A stretch of DNA of 41,392 nucleotides, from assembly GCA_964482415.1 (NCBI GenBank), contig CAYZXP010000003.1, positions 1 to 41,392 of the forward strand, written 5' to 3'. A program made the position numbers and the translations under genes. Positions 1 through 9,899 of the stretch are shown piece by piece. This DNA is from an uncultured Bifidobacterium sp. Lineage in GTDB: Bacteria; Pseudomonadota; Gammaproteobacteria; Burkholderiales; Burkholderiaceae_D. Positions within the stretch are counted from its first letter, which is position 1. Every line of letters begins with the position of its first letter. Below the pieces are notes generated by a model. That model saw only the letters and a list, made by a program, of their open reading frames with translations. It searched no databases and was not told the origin of the DNA.

Positions 1-2
1 TG

Positions 3-1217
3 ATGCTGATTCTGCCGCTGTTCCTGCTGCTCGGACTGGGCCTGGCGTTCACGCCCTGCGTGCTGCCGATGGTGCCCATCCTGTCCTTCATCATCGCCGG
101 TGAGGGTGCGCAGACCAGCCGCCGCCGTGCGTTTACGCTGTCGCTCAGCTATTCGCTCGGCATGGCGGTGGTCTACACCGCGCTCGGCATTGCCGCCGGG
201 CTGGTCGGCGAAGGTTTGTCGGCTGCCTTGCAGAGCCCGCTGATTCTCGGCAGCTTTGCCGTGCTGATGGCCGTGATGGCGCTGTCGATGTTCGATGTCT
301 ATCAGCTGCAGGTGCCTGCGGCGGTCCAGCTGGCGCTGACGCGCCTGTCCGAGCGCCAGCGTGCCGGCAAGCTCGCCGGCGTGTTCGTGATGGGCGCGAT
401 CTCGGCGCTGATCGTCGGCCCCTGCGTTGCGGCGCCGCTGGCCGGCGCGCTCGTCTACATCAGCCAGACGCGGGACGTGTTCATCGGCGGCAGCGCGCTG
501 TTCGCCATGGCGGCCGGCATGAGCGTGCCCTTGCTGCTCGTCGGCCTGTCGGCCGGCACGCTGCTGCCGCGAGCCGGTGCGTGGATGCAGTCAGTCAAAA
601 TATTTTTCGGCGTGCTGATGCTGGCGCTGGCCCTGTGGATGGTGGCCTCGCTGATTCCTGCGTGGCTGCTGATGCTGGGTTGGGGCTTGCTGGGCGCGGG
701 ATACGGCACTTTCCTGCTGCGCGCAAAATCACTGGGCTGGCGGGCGCGGGTGCTCGGCTTCATGTTCGTCGCGCTGGGTGCGGTACAGCTCGTTGGCGTC
801 GGTACCGGCGGTCGTGACCCGTGGTCGCCGCTGGCCCACCTGCGCGGTAACGTGCAGGCGCGCACCGAGTTCACGCGCGTTTCCAGCATCGCCCAGCTCG
901 AGGCTGCAATCGCGCGCGCCGGCGGTCGCCGCGTGATGCTCGATTTCTACGCGGACTGGTGCGTTTCCTGCATCGAGATGGAGAAGCTCACGTTCACCGA
1001 GCCGCAGGTGAAAGCCGAGCTCGACCAGATGCTGTTGTTGCAGGCCGACGTGACGGCCAACAACGACGACCACAAGGCATTGCTGAAACGCTTCGGCCTG
1101 TTCGGTCCGCCGGGCATCCTGTTCTTCGGTCCCGATGGCAATGAAATCCGTACGGCGCGCGTGATCGGTTTCCAGTCTGCCGAACGCTTCCTGCAGTCGC
1201 TGCAACGGACGAAGTAG
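3..1217 (+). CDS. dsbD: Thiol:disulfide interchange protein DsbD (5' end outside window)
   Basis: FTPCVLPM and GPCVAAP transmembrane Cys motifs; C-terminal thioredoxin domain DFYADWCVSC. Confidence 0.95.
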   Translation: MLILPLFLLLGLGLAFTPCVLPMVPILSFIIAGEGAQTSRRRAFTLSLSYSLGMAVVYTALGIAAGLVGEGLSAALQSPLILGSFAVLMAVMALSMFDVYQLQVPAAVQLALTRLSERQRAGKLAGVFVMGAISALIVGPCVAAPLAGALVYISQTRDVFIGGSALFAMAAGMSVPLLLVGLSAGTLLPRAGAWMQSVKIFFGVLMLALALWMVASLIPAWLLMLGWGLLGAGYGTFLLRAKSLGWRARVLGFMFVALGAVQLVGVGTGGRDPWSPLAHLRGNVQARTEFTRVSSIAQLEAAIARAGGRRVMLDFYADWCVSCIEMEKLTFTEPQVKAELDQMLLLQADVTANNDDHKALLKRFGLFGPPGILFFGPDGNEIRTARVIGFQSAERFLQSLQRTK

Positions 1218-1346
1218 GCGAAGCACCGCGACACGCGCTTTATCAAATGGCGCTATTTGCAAAGTGCGAGATTGTCTTTGTCCGGGGCAGCATGCGCCGA
1301 TATATTGGCAGCCTGATCACATCGAATGTGCGAGGAGGCTGTCATC

Positions 1347-1985
1347 ATGGCTTTGCATCTTGGCGATACCGCGCCTGATTTCGAGCAGGATTCTTCCTTG
1401 GGGAAAATCCGTTTCCATGAGTGGGCCGGCGACGCATGGGTCGTGCTGTTCTCGCATCCGGCCGACTTCACGCCGGTCTGCACGACCGAACTCGGCCTGA
1501 CCGCGAAGCTCAAGCCCGAATTCGACAAGCGCAATGTGAAAGCGATTGCACTGTCGGTCGATCCGGTCGACAAGCATGCTGCATGGATACGCGATATCGA
1601 GGATACCCAGCAGACCGTCGTCGGTTTCCCGATCATCGCTGATGCCGACAAGCACGTTGCCGTGCTGTACGACATGATCCATCCCAACCAGTCCGACTCA
1701 GCGACGGTTCGTTCATTGTTCATCATCGACCCGAAGAAGAAGGTTCGGCTGATGATCACCTACCCGATGAGCACCGGCCGCAACTTCGACGAGGTGCTGC
1801 GCGTCATCGATGCGCTGCAGCTGACCGATGGATATACCGTCGCCACGCCCGGCAACTGGAAGGAGGGTGATGACGTGATTATTCCGTTGTCGGTGCAGGA
1901 TGAGGCGCTGATCAGGCAGAAGTATCCGAAGGGATACAGCGCGCCGCGGCCCTACCTGCGCCTCACGCCGCAGCCGAACCGTTAG
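1347..1985 (+). CDS. 1-Cys peroxiredoxin (Prx6/LsfA-like)
   Basis: FSHPADFTPVCTTE motif, GRNFDEVLR; strong SD GAGGAGG before ATG 1347. Confidence 0.93.
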   Translation: MALHLGDTAPDFEQDSSLGKIRFHEWAGDAWVVLFSHPADFTPVCTTELGLTAKLKPEFDKRNVKAIALSVDPVDKHAAWIRDIEDTQQTVVGFPIIADADKHVAVLYDMIHPNQSDSATVRSLFIIDPKKKVRLMITYPMSTGRNFDEVLRVIDALQLTDGYTVATPGNWKEGDDVIIPLSVQDEALIRQKYPKGYSAPRPYLRLTPQPNR

Positions 1986-2022
1986 GTCATGCGGCAGGGG
2001 GCCGCGGCCATTCGGCTTCCGA

Positions 2023-2523
2023 TCATTCTTCCGGCGGCAATTCCGGCAGGATCACCTCAGACGGCAGCGAGGCGGAACGCTGACGGCTTGCCGGCATTTC
2101 TGTCGGCGGCTCATCCGCAAACCGTACCAGCTTGCTGCCCGACACATGCAACGCCGGCCGGATCAGATGCGCGCCGTCTGCCGCGAAAAATTCTTTGGAT
2201 GAATCCGAAATATTCGATTTGACCAGCGCGGACATCAGGCTCAGCAGCCGGCTTTTCTTTTCGGGTGGGTACTTCAGCTTGCCGATCGCGTGTTCAATCG
2301 CAGCTTTGGCCTCTGTTGCCGCCGCACGAAGACGACCCGTCTTGTCATCCTTGATGCGCTCCGGGCTGACCCGGGAAAAAATGGTGGCGGTGCCTTTCAC
2401 GCCGCGTGGCGTGACGAATTTCTCGCTTTTGGCGATGACGACGTCATACGCACCTTCGAGGCCATCGCTGGTCGGTGCCAGATTCGGATGCGCAATCTGA
2501 ACATGCACTCGGGTTCGGTCCAT
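2023..2523 (-). CDS. Hypothetical protein (orphan, about 166 aa)
   Basis: Fills the Prx-hemB gap; GAAGG SD-like element upstream of ATG 2523; protein-like composition; no family recognised. Confidence 0.55.
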   Translation of the reverse strand: MDRTRVHVQIAHPNLAPTSDGLEGAYDVVIAKSEKFVTPRGVKGTATIFSRVSPERIKDDKTGRLRAAATEAKAAIEHAIGKLKYPPEKKSRLLSLMSALVKSNISDSSKEFFAADGAHLIRPALHVSGSKLVRFADEPPTEMPASRQRSASLPSEVILPELPPEE

Positions 2524-2672
2524 CGGGGGCGCCTTCAAAGGAAGAAGCCTGACGGTCTGGGGATTGACCGGCGTAGGCGCCCAATGTGTGCCGATGATCG
2601 GCTATTGGTTCACAAGTGTTTTATTTTCGCAACAGTGCCTTCGTTCCGCGGTGCTGGAAAAAGCGCCGGAGG

Positions 2673-2703
2673 AAACCCTTGCGGCCCGACCGGGCGGCAA
2701 GGG
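2673..2703 (-). terminator. Putative intrinsic terminator of hemB
   Basis: Imperfect hairpin CCCTTGC..GCAAGGG just after the hemB stop; only a short T run. Confidence 0.5.
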
Positions 2704-2717
2704 CATCGTCATGGCCG

Positions 2718-3734
<1,017 letters not shown>

Positions 3735-3807
3735 TCAATTAAGGGTTGGGTGTCGGAACGCAGGGAACGCCGCTGCCGCCATGATCCTGACCGCGTGGCA
3801 TGCCGCT

Positions 3808-3835
3808 GAAACTTTTGGCGGCTCCGCCGCTCAGA
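3808..3835 (+). promoter_or_regulatory. SigmaE (RpoE)-like promoter upstream of the sRNA
   Basis: GAAACTT (3808-3814), 16 nt, TCAGA (3831-3835); resembles the GGAACTT-N16-TCAAA/TCTGA consensus. Confidence 0.45.
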
Positions 3836-3840
3836 CAAAC

Positions 3841-3946
3841 GGGTGATTGCTCACCTCCCGCTTCTCCTCCCTGAGCGGGGCTGTCTCGCCCCTGTGCGGG
3901 TCAGCGTTGAACCCTGGAGATGTCCCCTGTCTCCAGGGCTTTTTTT
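3841..3946 (+). ncRNA. Small RNA resembling the anti-hemB RNA motif of Burkholderiales
   Basis: Lies between hemB and engB on the opposite strand; hairpins GGTGA-TTGC-TCACC and CCCGCT-TCTCCTCCCTG-AGCGGG, then a terminator; location and architecture match the described anti-hemB motif. Confidence 0.75.
3912..3946 (+). terminator. Intrinsic terminator of the sRNA
   Basis: CCCTGGAGA-loop-TCTCCAGGG 9-bp stem followed by C and T7; overlaps the engB stop codon. Confidence 0.85.
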
Positions 3947-4646
3947 ATGCCTGTTCGCCGGCGGCTTGCTGTGCCGGCGCATCGTCATCGAACCCGAGCA
4001 GACCGCGAATCGTGTGGTCGGCTTCGTCCAGGCCCATGCGCTTGAGCGCCGAAAACAGCTGCACCGAGAATGGCAGAGGCTGGCCGGCCTCGTCAACATA
4101 GCTGGCCAGGATGGTCTTTGCGAGGCGCATCGCGTCCGCCTGTTCGCTGCGGTTGAGCTTGTCAGCCTTGCTGAGCAGGCAGTGAATGGGCTTCCCGGTC
4201 GGCGCGAACCACTCGAGCATTTCCACGTCCAGCTCGGTGAAGGGGCGGCGCGCGTCCATGATCAGCACCAGCGCAGTCAGCTGCTCGCGCGCCTGCACAT
4301 ACCGGCCCAGCAGCAGCTGCCAGTGGTCCTTGGCCGAGCCGGAAACCTCGGCATAGCCATAGCCCGGCAGGTCGACCAGAAAAGCGCGGATCTCTTCCGT
4401 GCGGGTCGCATCCTTGCGGTGCTGGCCGACGTGCGAGCCGCCGATCGAGAAAAAATTGATATGCTGCGTGCGGCCCGGCGTCTTCGACGCGAACGCCAGT
4501 TTCTTCTGGTTGCACAGCAGGTTGATGGCGGTGGATTTGCCCGCATTCGAGCGGCCCGCGAACGCGACCTCCGGGACTTTATATTTTGGCAAATCCTGCA
4601 GGCGGTTGACGGTGGTGAAGAAGCGGGCTTGCCAGAGTAGGGACAT
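3945..4646 (-). CDS. yihA: Ribosome biogenesis GTPase YihA/YsxC (EngB)
   Basis: G1 GRSNAGKS, G2 PGRT, G3 DLPGYG, G4 SKADK; start placed at MSLLWQARF. Confidence 0.96.
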   Translation of the reverse strand: MSLLWQARFFTTVNRLQDLPKYKVPEVAFAGRSNAGKSTAINLLCNQKKLAFASKTPGRTQHINFFSIGGSHVGQHRKDATRTEEIRAFLVDLPGYGYAEVSGSAKDHWQLLLGRYVQAREQLTALVLIMDARRPFTELDVEMLEWFAPTGKPIHCLLSKADKLNRSEQADAMRLAKTILASYVDEAGQPLPFSVQLFSALKRMGLDEADHTIRGLLGFDDDAPAQQAAGEQA

Positions 4647-4695
4647 GGGCGGAAAGTGAGGAGGCCAGCGGGAAAAGGCGGGGAACAGGCTCGCC

Positions 4696-4710
4696 ATTGT
4701 AGTACAATGC
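4696..4710. promoter_or_regulatory. Palindrome with back-to-back -10 elements for divergent yihA and cytochrome c4
   Basis: CATTGTA-G-TACAATG gives TACAAT on both strands. Confidence 0.55.
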
Positions 4711-4758
4711 CGGGCTGTATTTCGGCGTAAACCAAACCAATAATTCCCGGGTGTTTGA

Positions 4759-5418
4759 ATGAATCGTGCACTTTCGTCGTTCGTGAAATTTGTCTCCATC
4801 GCTCTGCTGGCCACCTCCGGCATCGCCTTCGCCAACGAAGAGAAGGCAGCTGCCGCGGCCGATCCGGCCAAGGGCTCCGAGCTGTACGCGAACGGCGACG
4901 CCTCGCGCGGCATCATGGCCTGCGTGGCCTGCCATGGCGCGGCCGGCAATTCGTCCATCACGCAGAATCCGAAGCTGGCAGGCCAGCACGCGGCCTACCT
5001 GCAGAAGCAGCTGCATGACTTCCAGGGCCCGGCGCGCAACAACGCGGTGATGACCGCGATCGCCAAGGCGATGACGGACGACGACATCCGCAACGTCGTC
5101 GCCTATGTCGCCGCGCAGAAGCCGACGCAGGGCGCCGCGAAAAACAAGGACACCGTCGAGTGGGGCAAGAAGATCTACCGCGGCGGCATCGCCGAGAAGA
5201 ACGTTCCGGCCTGCGCGGGCTGCCACAGCCCGAACGGCGCCGGCATCCCGGCGCAGTACCCGCGCCTGGCCGGCCAGCACCAGGATTACACGGTCGCGCA
5301 GCTGACCAGCTTCCGTGGCGGCGCGCGCGCGAATTCCGCGCAGATGACCACGATCGGCAAGCGCATGTCGGATGACGAAATGAAAGCCGTCGCCGACTAC
5401 ATCGCTGGCCTGAAGTGA
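4759..5418 (+). CDS. Diheme cytochrome c4 (c553 family)
   Basis: Signal peptide; two CxxCH motifs (CVACH, CAGCH); P[KR]LAGQH repeats. Confidence 0.95.
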   Translation: MNRALSSFVKFVSIALLATSGIAFANEEKAAAAADPAKGSELYANGDASRGIMACVACHGAAGNSSITQNPKLAGQHAAYLQKQLHDFQGPARNNAVMTAIAKAMTDDDIRNVVAYVAAQKPTQGAAKNKDTVEWGKKIYRGGIAEKNVPACAGCHSPNGAGIPAQYPRLAGQHQDYTVAQLTSFRGGARANSAQMTTIGKRMSDDEMKAVADYIAGLK

Positions 5419-5476
5419 TGACGCAAGCCGCGCGCAGACAATAAAAAACACGCGCGCGCGGCAAAAATCAGCATGG

Positions 5477-5507
5477 GGGGTGGCCAGTGGCCGCCCCTTT
5501 TTGTTTT
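5477..5507 (+). terminator. Intrinsic terminator after cytochrome c4
   Basis: GGGGTGGCC-AGT-GGCCGCCCC followed by TTTTTGTTTT. Confidence 0.7.
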
Positions 5508-5539
5508 CAGCTTTGAATCAAACGATGGGCAGGGACAAG

Positions 5540-7627
5540 ATGAGCACCGGTACGCAGGGCATAGAGATGGAGAACCGCAGCCGCTTCACGGCGGACCTTG
5601 TCGAAATGGTGTCGTCGATGCGTTTCGCGATCAGCCTGCTGACCGTGATCGCGATTGCATCCGTGATCGGCACCGTGGTGCTGCAGAATGAGCCGTTGCC
5701 GAATTACGTGAACCAGTTCGGGCCGTTCTGGTTCGAGGTGTTCGCGCGCTTCTCGATCTACACCGTCTATTCGGCCTGGTGGTTCCTGCTGATCATGGCC
5801 TTTCTGGTCGTGTCGACGTCGCTGTGCATCGTGCGCAATGCGCCGAAGATGCTGCGCGACATGAAGAGCTGGCGCGACAACGTGCGCGAGCAGTCGCTGC
5901 GCAATTTCCACCATCACGCCGAGTGGACTGCCGAAGGCGACACGGCGGCGCTGGCGAGCGAGTCGGCGCGCCGCGTCGCCGCCGCCGGTTACCAGGTGAA
6001 GCTGGTCGAAAAAGAGGGTGCAACGCTGCTGACGGCCAAGCAGGGCGCGGCCAACAAGCTCGGTTACATCTTCGCGCATGCGGCGATCGTGATCATCTGC
6101 GTCGGCGGCCTGCTCGACTCGAACCTGCCGATCCGCGCACAGCAGTGGCTGTTCGACAAGGAGCCCTTCAACGGCGGCGGCGTGATCGCGCAGATCCCCG
6201 AGCGGCATCGCCTCGGCACCGGCAATCCGACCTTCCGCGGGAATACTTACGTGCCCGAGGGCGCGAGCAGCAATACAGCGATCATCCCGTCGGGGCAGGG
6301 CGTGCTGATCCAGGAACTGCCGTTCACGATCGAACTGAAGAAATTCATCATCGACTTCTACCCGACCGGCATGCCGAAGCTGTTCGCCAGTGATGTGATC
6401 ATCACCGACCACGACACCGGCAAGAGCTTCCCCGCGACCATCAAGGTCAACCAGCCGCTGATCCACAAGGGCATGGCGGTCTACCAGTCGAGCTTCGAGG
6501 ATGGCGGCAGCCGCCTGAAGCTGGTCGGCTACCCGATGCTCGGGCCGGCCAGCCGGTCGTTCGCCGTTGAAGGCGAAGTCGGCCGCACCACGCCGCTGCT
6601 CGGCAGCGGCGGCAGCGAATACACGATCGAGTGGTCGGGCTTCCGCCCGTTCAACGTCGAGAACATGGCAGGCAATGGCCAGGACGTGCGTGCAGTCGAC
6701 CAGAAGAAAACCCTGCATGAGCGCCTCGACAAGCAGCTCGGCTCGGCCGCCAATCCGGAGAAGAACAAGAACCTGAAGAACGTCGGCCCGAGCGTGCAGT
6801 ACAAGCTGCGCGACAAGAATGGCCAGGCGCGCGAATTCAACAATTACATGCTGCCGGTGAATGTCGACGGCAACGAAGTCTTCCTTGCCGGCGTGCGTGA
6901 GACGCCGGCCGAAGGTTTCCGCTTCCTTCGCATCCCCGCCGATGCGAAGGGCTCGATGGAAGAGTGGATGCGCCTGCGCGCTGCGGTCAACGATCCGGCG
7001 CTGCGCGAGAAGGCCGCCGCCAGCTATGCCGCCAAGGTGCCGCTCGGCCCGGGCGCCAGTCCGCAGCTGCGCGAACAATTGAAGGCGTCGGCGCTGCGCG
7101 GCCTGACTGTGTTCGCCGGCAACGAGGAAGCCGCCGGTTACATCGCGATCGCGCGCTTTATCGGCAAGCTGCCCAAGGAGCAGCAGGAGCAGACCGCCGA
7201 TATCTTCATGAAGATCCTGAACGGCACCATGTGGGAGCTGTGGCAGGCGGCGCGCGAAAAGGATGGCCTGCCGGCGATGTCCGTCAGCGAGCAGAGCGGC
7301 CGCTTCCTGAAGCTGGCGACTGATGCCGTGGCCGATGCCTTCCTGTACGGCGCGCCGGTGTTCCTGCAGCTGAAATCCTTCGACGAAGTGAAGGCCTCGG
7401 TCTTCCAGGTCACGCGTTCGCCGGGCAAGAATGTCGTCTATCTCGGTTGCCTGCTGCTGGTGCTGGGCGTGTTCGCGATGATCTACGTGCGCGAGCGCCG
7501 GCTGTGGATCTGGATCCGCCCGTCCGAAGGCGGCGCGCACGCGCTGATGGCGATGAGCACGCAGCGCCGCAGCCTCGATTTCGACAAGGAGTTCGAGCGG
7601 CTGAAAGCAAAACTCGCTGGCCGCTAA
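5540..7627 (+). CDS. resB: Cytochrome c biogenesis protein ResB/Ccs1 (system II)
   Basis: SSMRFAISLL..IASVIGT, YSAWWF, GYIFAH, VNQPL..YQSSF and RSPG motifs; adjacent to a WWD-domain gene. Confidence 0.93.
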   Translation: MSTGTQGIEMENRSRFTADLVEMVSSMRFAISLLTVIAIASVIGTVVLQNEPLPNYVNQFGPFWFEVFARFSIYTVYSAWWFLLIMAFLVVSTSLCIVRNAPKMLRDMKSWRDNVREQSLRNFHHHAEWTAEGDTAALASESARRVAAAGYQVKLVEKEGATLLTAKQGAANKLGYIFAHAAIVIICVGGLLDSNLPIRAQQWLFDKEPFNGGGVIAQIPERHRLGTGNPTFRGNTYVPEGASSNTAIIPSGQGVLIQELPFTIELKKFIIDFYPTGMPKLFASDVIITDHDTGKSFPATIKVNQPLIHKGMAVYQSSFEDGGSRLKLVGYPMLGPASRSFAVEGEVGRTTPLLGSGGSEYTIEWSGFRPFNVENMAGNGQDVRAVDQKKTLHERLDKQLGSAANPEKNKNLKNVGPSVQYKLRDKNGQAREFNNYMLPVNVDGNEVFLAGVRETPAEGFRFLRIPADAKGSMEEWMRLRAAVNDPALREKAAASYAAKVPLGPGASPQLREQLKASALRGLTVFAGNEEAAGYIAIARFIGKLPKEQQEQTADIFMKILNGTMWELWQAAREKDGLPAMSVSEQSGRFLKLATDAVADAFLYGAPVFLQLKSFDEVKASVFQVTRSPGKNVVYLGCLLLVLGVFAMIYVRERRLWIWIRPSEGGAHALMAMSTQRRSLDFDKEFERLKAKLAGR

Positions 7628-7727
7628 GCTCCCAACCTCCCTTCCGGGCGCCCGCCGGCAATGCCGCGGGCGCTGGACTATACTTCGCTTCGCGCAATGC
7701 ATGACGCAAGGCGCACGGAGACACATC

Positions 7728-8879
7728 ATGGAACTGACACAGAATTCCGCCTATGGCGAGGGCCGCGGCCTGCTGAAGGGCCGCAGCCTGTATGACTGGA
7801 TTTTCGCCGCGCTGCTGCTGGCCGGCTCATTGTTCGCATTGAATCGCTACGGCGAGTTCATGGACATCTACGAAAAGGGCATCCTGCTTGCCGCCGCGCC
7901 CACCTTCATCGGCCTCGGCTGGTACTGGCGTTCGGCGCGCACCCTGATTCTGCTGATCGGCGCGTTGTCGCTGGCCGGCATCTACTTCTACGGGGGCAGC
8001 CTCGACGCTGCACAGAGCCGCTTCTTCCTGAAATACCTGCTGTCGAGCCAGTCCGCGATCCTGTGGATGAGCACGCTGTTCTTCCTGTCGACGCTGTTCC
8101 ACTGGGGCGGCCTGCTTGCGCGCTCGTCTTTCGGCGGTGCGGTCGGCAGCAAGCTGTGCTGGGCGGCGGTGATGCTGGGCTTTACCGGCATGATGGTGCG
8201 CTGGTATGAATCCTATCTGCTCGGCGCCGACATCGGCCACATTCCGGTATCGAACTTGTATGAAGTGTTCGTGCTGTTCTGCCTGATCACCGCGCTGTTC
8301 CTGCTGTTCTATGAGCAGAAGTACGAAACGCGCGCGGTCAGTCCGTTCGTGATGCTGGTCATCTCGGCGGCGGTCGGCTTCCTGCTCTGGTACATGACCA
8401 GCCGCGACGCGCACGAGATCCAGCCGCTGGTGCCGGCGCTGCAAAGCTGGTGGATGAAGATCCATGTGCCGGCAAACTTCATCGGCTATGGCACCTTTGC
8501 ACTGGCCGCGATGGTCGGCGTGGCCTACCTGCTGAAGGCCAAGGGCTACCTTGAAGACCGCCTGCCGTCGCTCGAAGTGCTGGACGACATCATGTACAAG
8601 GCGATCGCCGTCGGTTTTGCTTTCTTCACGATCGCGACCATCCTCGGCGCGCTGTGGGCTGCCGAGGCGTGGGGCGGCTACTGGTCGTGGGACCCGAAGG
8701 AAACCTGGGCACTGATCGTCTGGCTGAACTATGCGGCATGGCTGCACATGCGGTTGATGAAGGGGCTGCGCGGTCAGGTTGCCGCCTGGTGGGCCGTCGG
8801 TGGCCTGCTGGTCACGACCTTCGCCTTCCTCGGCGTGAACATGTTCTTGTCCGGGTTGCACTCTTACGGCGAACTCTGA
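7728..8879 (+). CDS. ccsB: Cytochrome c biogenesis WWD-domain protein (CcsB in PGAP usage; ResC/CcsA family)
   Basis: WAAEAWGGYWSWDPKETW motif; C-terminal GLHSY; GGAG SD before 7728. Confidence 0.95.
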   Translation: MELTQNSAYGEGRGLLKGRSLYDWIFAALLLAGSLFALNRYGEFMDIYEKGILLAAAPTFIGLGWYWRSARTLILLIGALSLAGIYFYGGSLDAAQSRFFLKYLLSSQSAILWMSTLFFLSTLFHWGGLLARSSFGGAVGSKLCWAAVMLGFTGMMVRWYESYLLGADIGHIPVSNLYEVFVLFCLITALFLLFYEQKYETRAVSPFVMLVISAAVGFLLWYMTSRDAHEIQPLVPALQSWWMKIHVPANFIGYGTFALAAMVGVAYLLKAKGYLEDRLPSLEVLDDIMYKAIAVGFAFFTIATILGALWAAEAWGGYWSWDPKETWALIVWLNYAAWLHMRLMKGLRGQVAAWWAVGGLLVTTFAFLGVNMFLSGLHSYGEL

Positions 8880-8883
8880 TCGA

Positions 8884-8909
8884 AAACAGGCTGCTGCGGC
8901 AGCCTGTTT
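8884..8909 (+). terminator. Hairpin or terminator between ccsB and msrP
   Basis: AAACAGGCTGC-TGCG-GCAGCCTGTTT perfect 11-bp inverted repeat. Confidence 0.6.
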
Positions 8910-8930
8910 GCTTTGCTGACGGAGAACATC

Positions 8931-9896
8931 ATGCTGATCAAGTTTCCTCGATCCACCGACCCGGTGCCTTCCGAGATCACGCGACCCGAAGTTGCGGCCT
9001 CGCGCCGACAGTTCCTGCAGCAAGCTGCGGCCGGCACGCTCGCCGCAGCTGGCCTTGGCGAGCTCGCGCAAGCGGCTGACGGGCCGTCGCTGGCGCAGCT
9101 GGCCGCGCAACGCAATCCGAAATACAGTCCGGCCGACAAGCCGACCACCTACCGGGATGCGACCACCTACAACAATTTTTACGAGTTCGGCCTCGACAAG
9201 GGCGATCCTTCGCATTACGCCGGCACGCTGAAGCCACGGCCATGGACCGTGCGCATTGACGGCGAGGTGAAGAAGCCGCTGACGCTGGACCTCGATGCGC
9301 TGCTGAAGCTCGCGCCGCTGGAGGAGCGGCTTTACCGGCTGCGCTGCGTCGAGGGCTGGTCGATGGCGATCCCGTGGATCGGTTACCCGCTGGCTGATCT
9401 GATCCGCAAGGTCGAGCCGACCGGCAATGCGAAGTTCATCGAGTTCACCACGCTGGCCGACCGCGCGCAGATGCCGGGCCTCGGCAGCCGCGTGCTCGAC
9501 TGGCCGTATGTCGAGGGCCTGCGCATCGACGAGGCGAACCATCCGCTGGCGCTGCTGGCCTTCGGCATGTACGGGCAAGTGCTGCCCAACCAGAATGGCG
9601 CGCCGGTGCGCATCGTGCTGCCGTGGAAATACGGTTTCAAGTCGGCCAAATCGATTGTGCGCATTCGTTTCACCGAGTCGCAGCCGAAGACTGCGTGGAA
9701 TCAGGTCGCGCCACAGGAATACGGTTTCTACTCGAACGTCAATCCCGAGGTCGACCATCCGCGCTGGTCACAGGCGACCGAGCGCCGCATCGGCGAGGAT
9801 GGTTTTTTCACGCGCAAGCGCAAGACGATGATGTTCAACGGCTATCCCGAGGTCGCGTCGCTGTACGCCGGCATGGACCTGAAGAAGTTCTTCTGA
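8931..9896 (+). CDS. msrP: Protein-methionine-sulfoxide reductase catalytic subunit
   Basis: Tat motif SRRQFL; [31 protein letters not shown]. Confidence 0.97.
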   Translation: MLIKFPRSTDPVPSEITRPEVAASRRQFLQQAAAGTLAAAGLGELAQAADGPSLAQLAAQRNPKYSPADKPTTYRDATTYNNFYEFGLDKGDPSHYAGTLKPRPWTVRIDGEVKKPLTLDLDALLKLAPLEERLYRLRCVEGWSMAIPWIGYPLADLIRKVEPTGNAKFIEFTTLADRAQMPGLGSRVLDWPYVEGLRIDEANHPLALLAFGMYGQVLPNQNGAPVRIVLPWKYGFKSAKSIVRIRFTESQPKTAWNQVAPQEYGFYSNVNPEVDHPRWSQATERRIGEDGFFTRKRKTMMFNGYPEVASLYAGMDLKKFF

Positions 9897-9899
9897 GCG

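Noticed and set aside
3796-3810. Sigma54 promoter TGGCATGCCGCTGAA
   Set aside because: The -12 dinucleotide is GA rather than the near-invariant GC
3787-3904. Riboswitch-like long-range pairings upstream of hemB (CCGCTCAG 3827 with CTGAGCGG 3871; CTGACC 3787 with GGTCAG 3899)
   Set aside because: No known aptamer signature; terminator polarity favours a plus-strand sRNA; the 5' partners lie upstream of the predicted start
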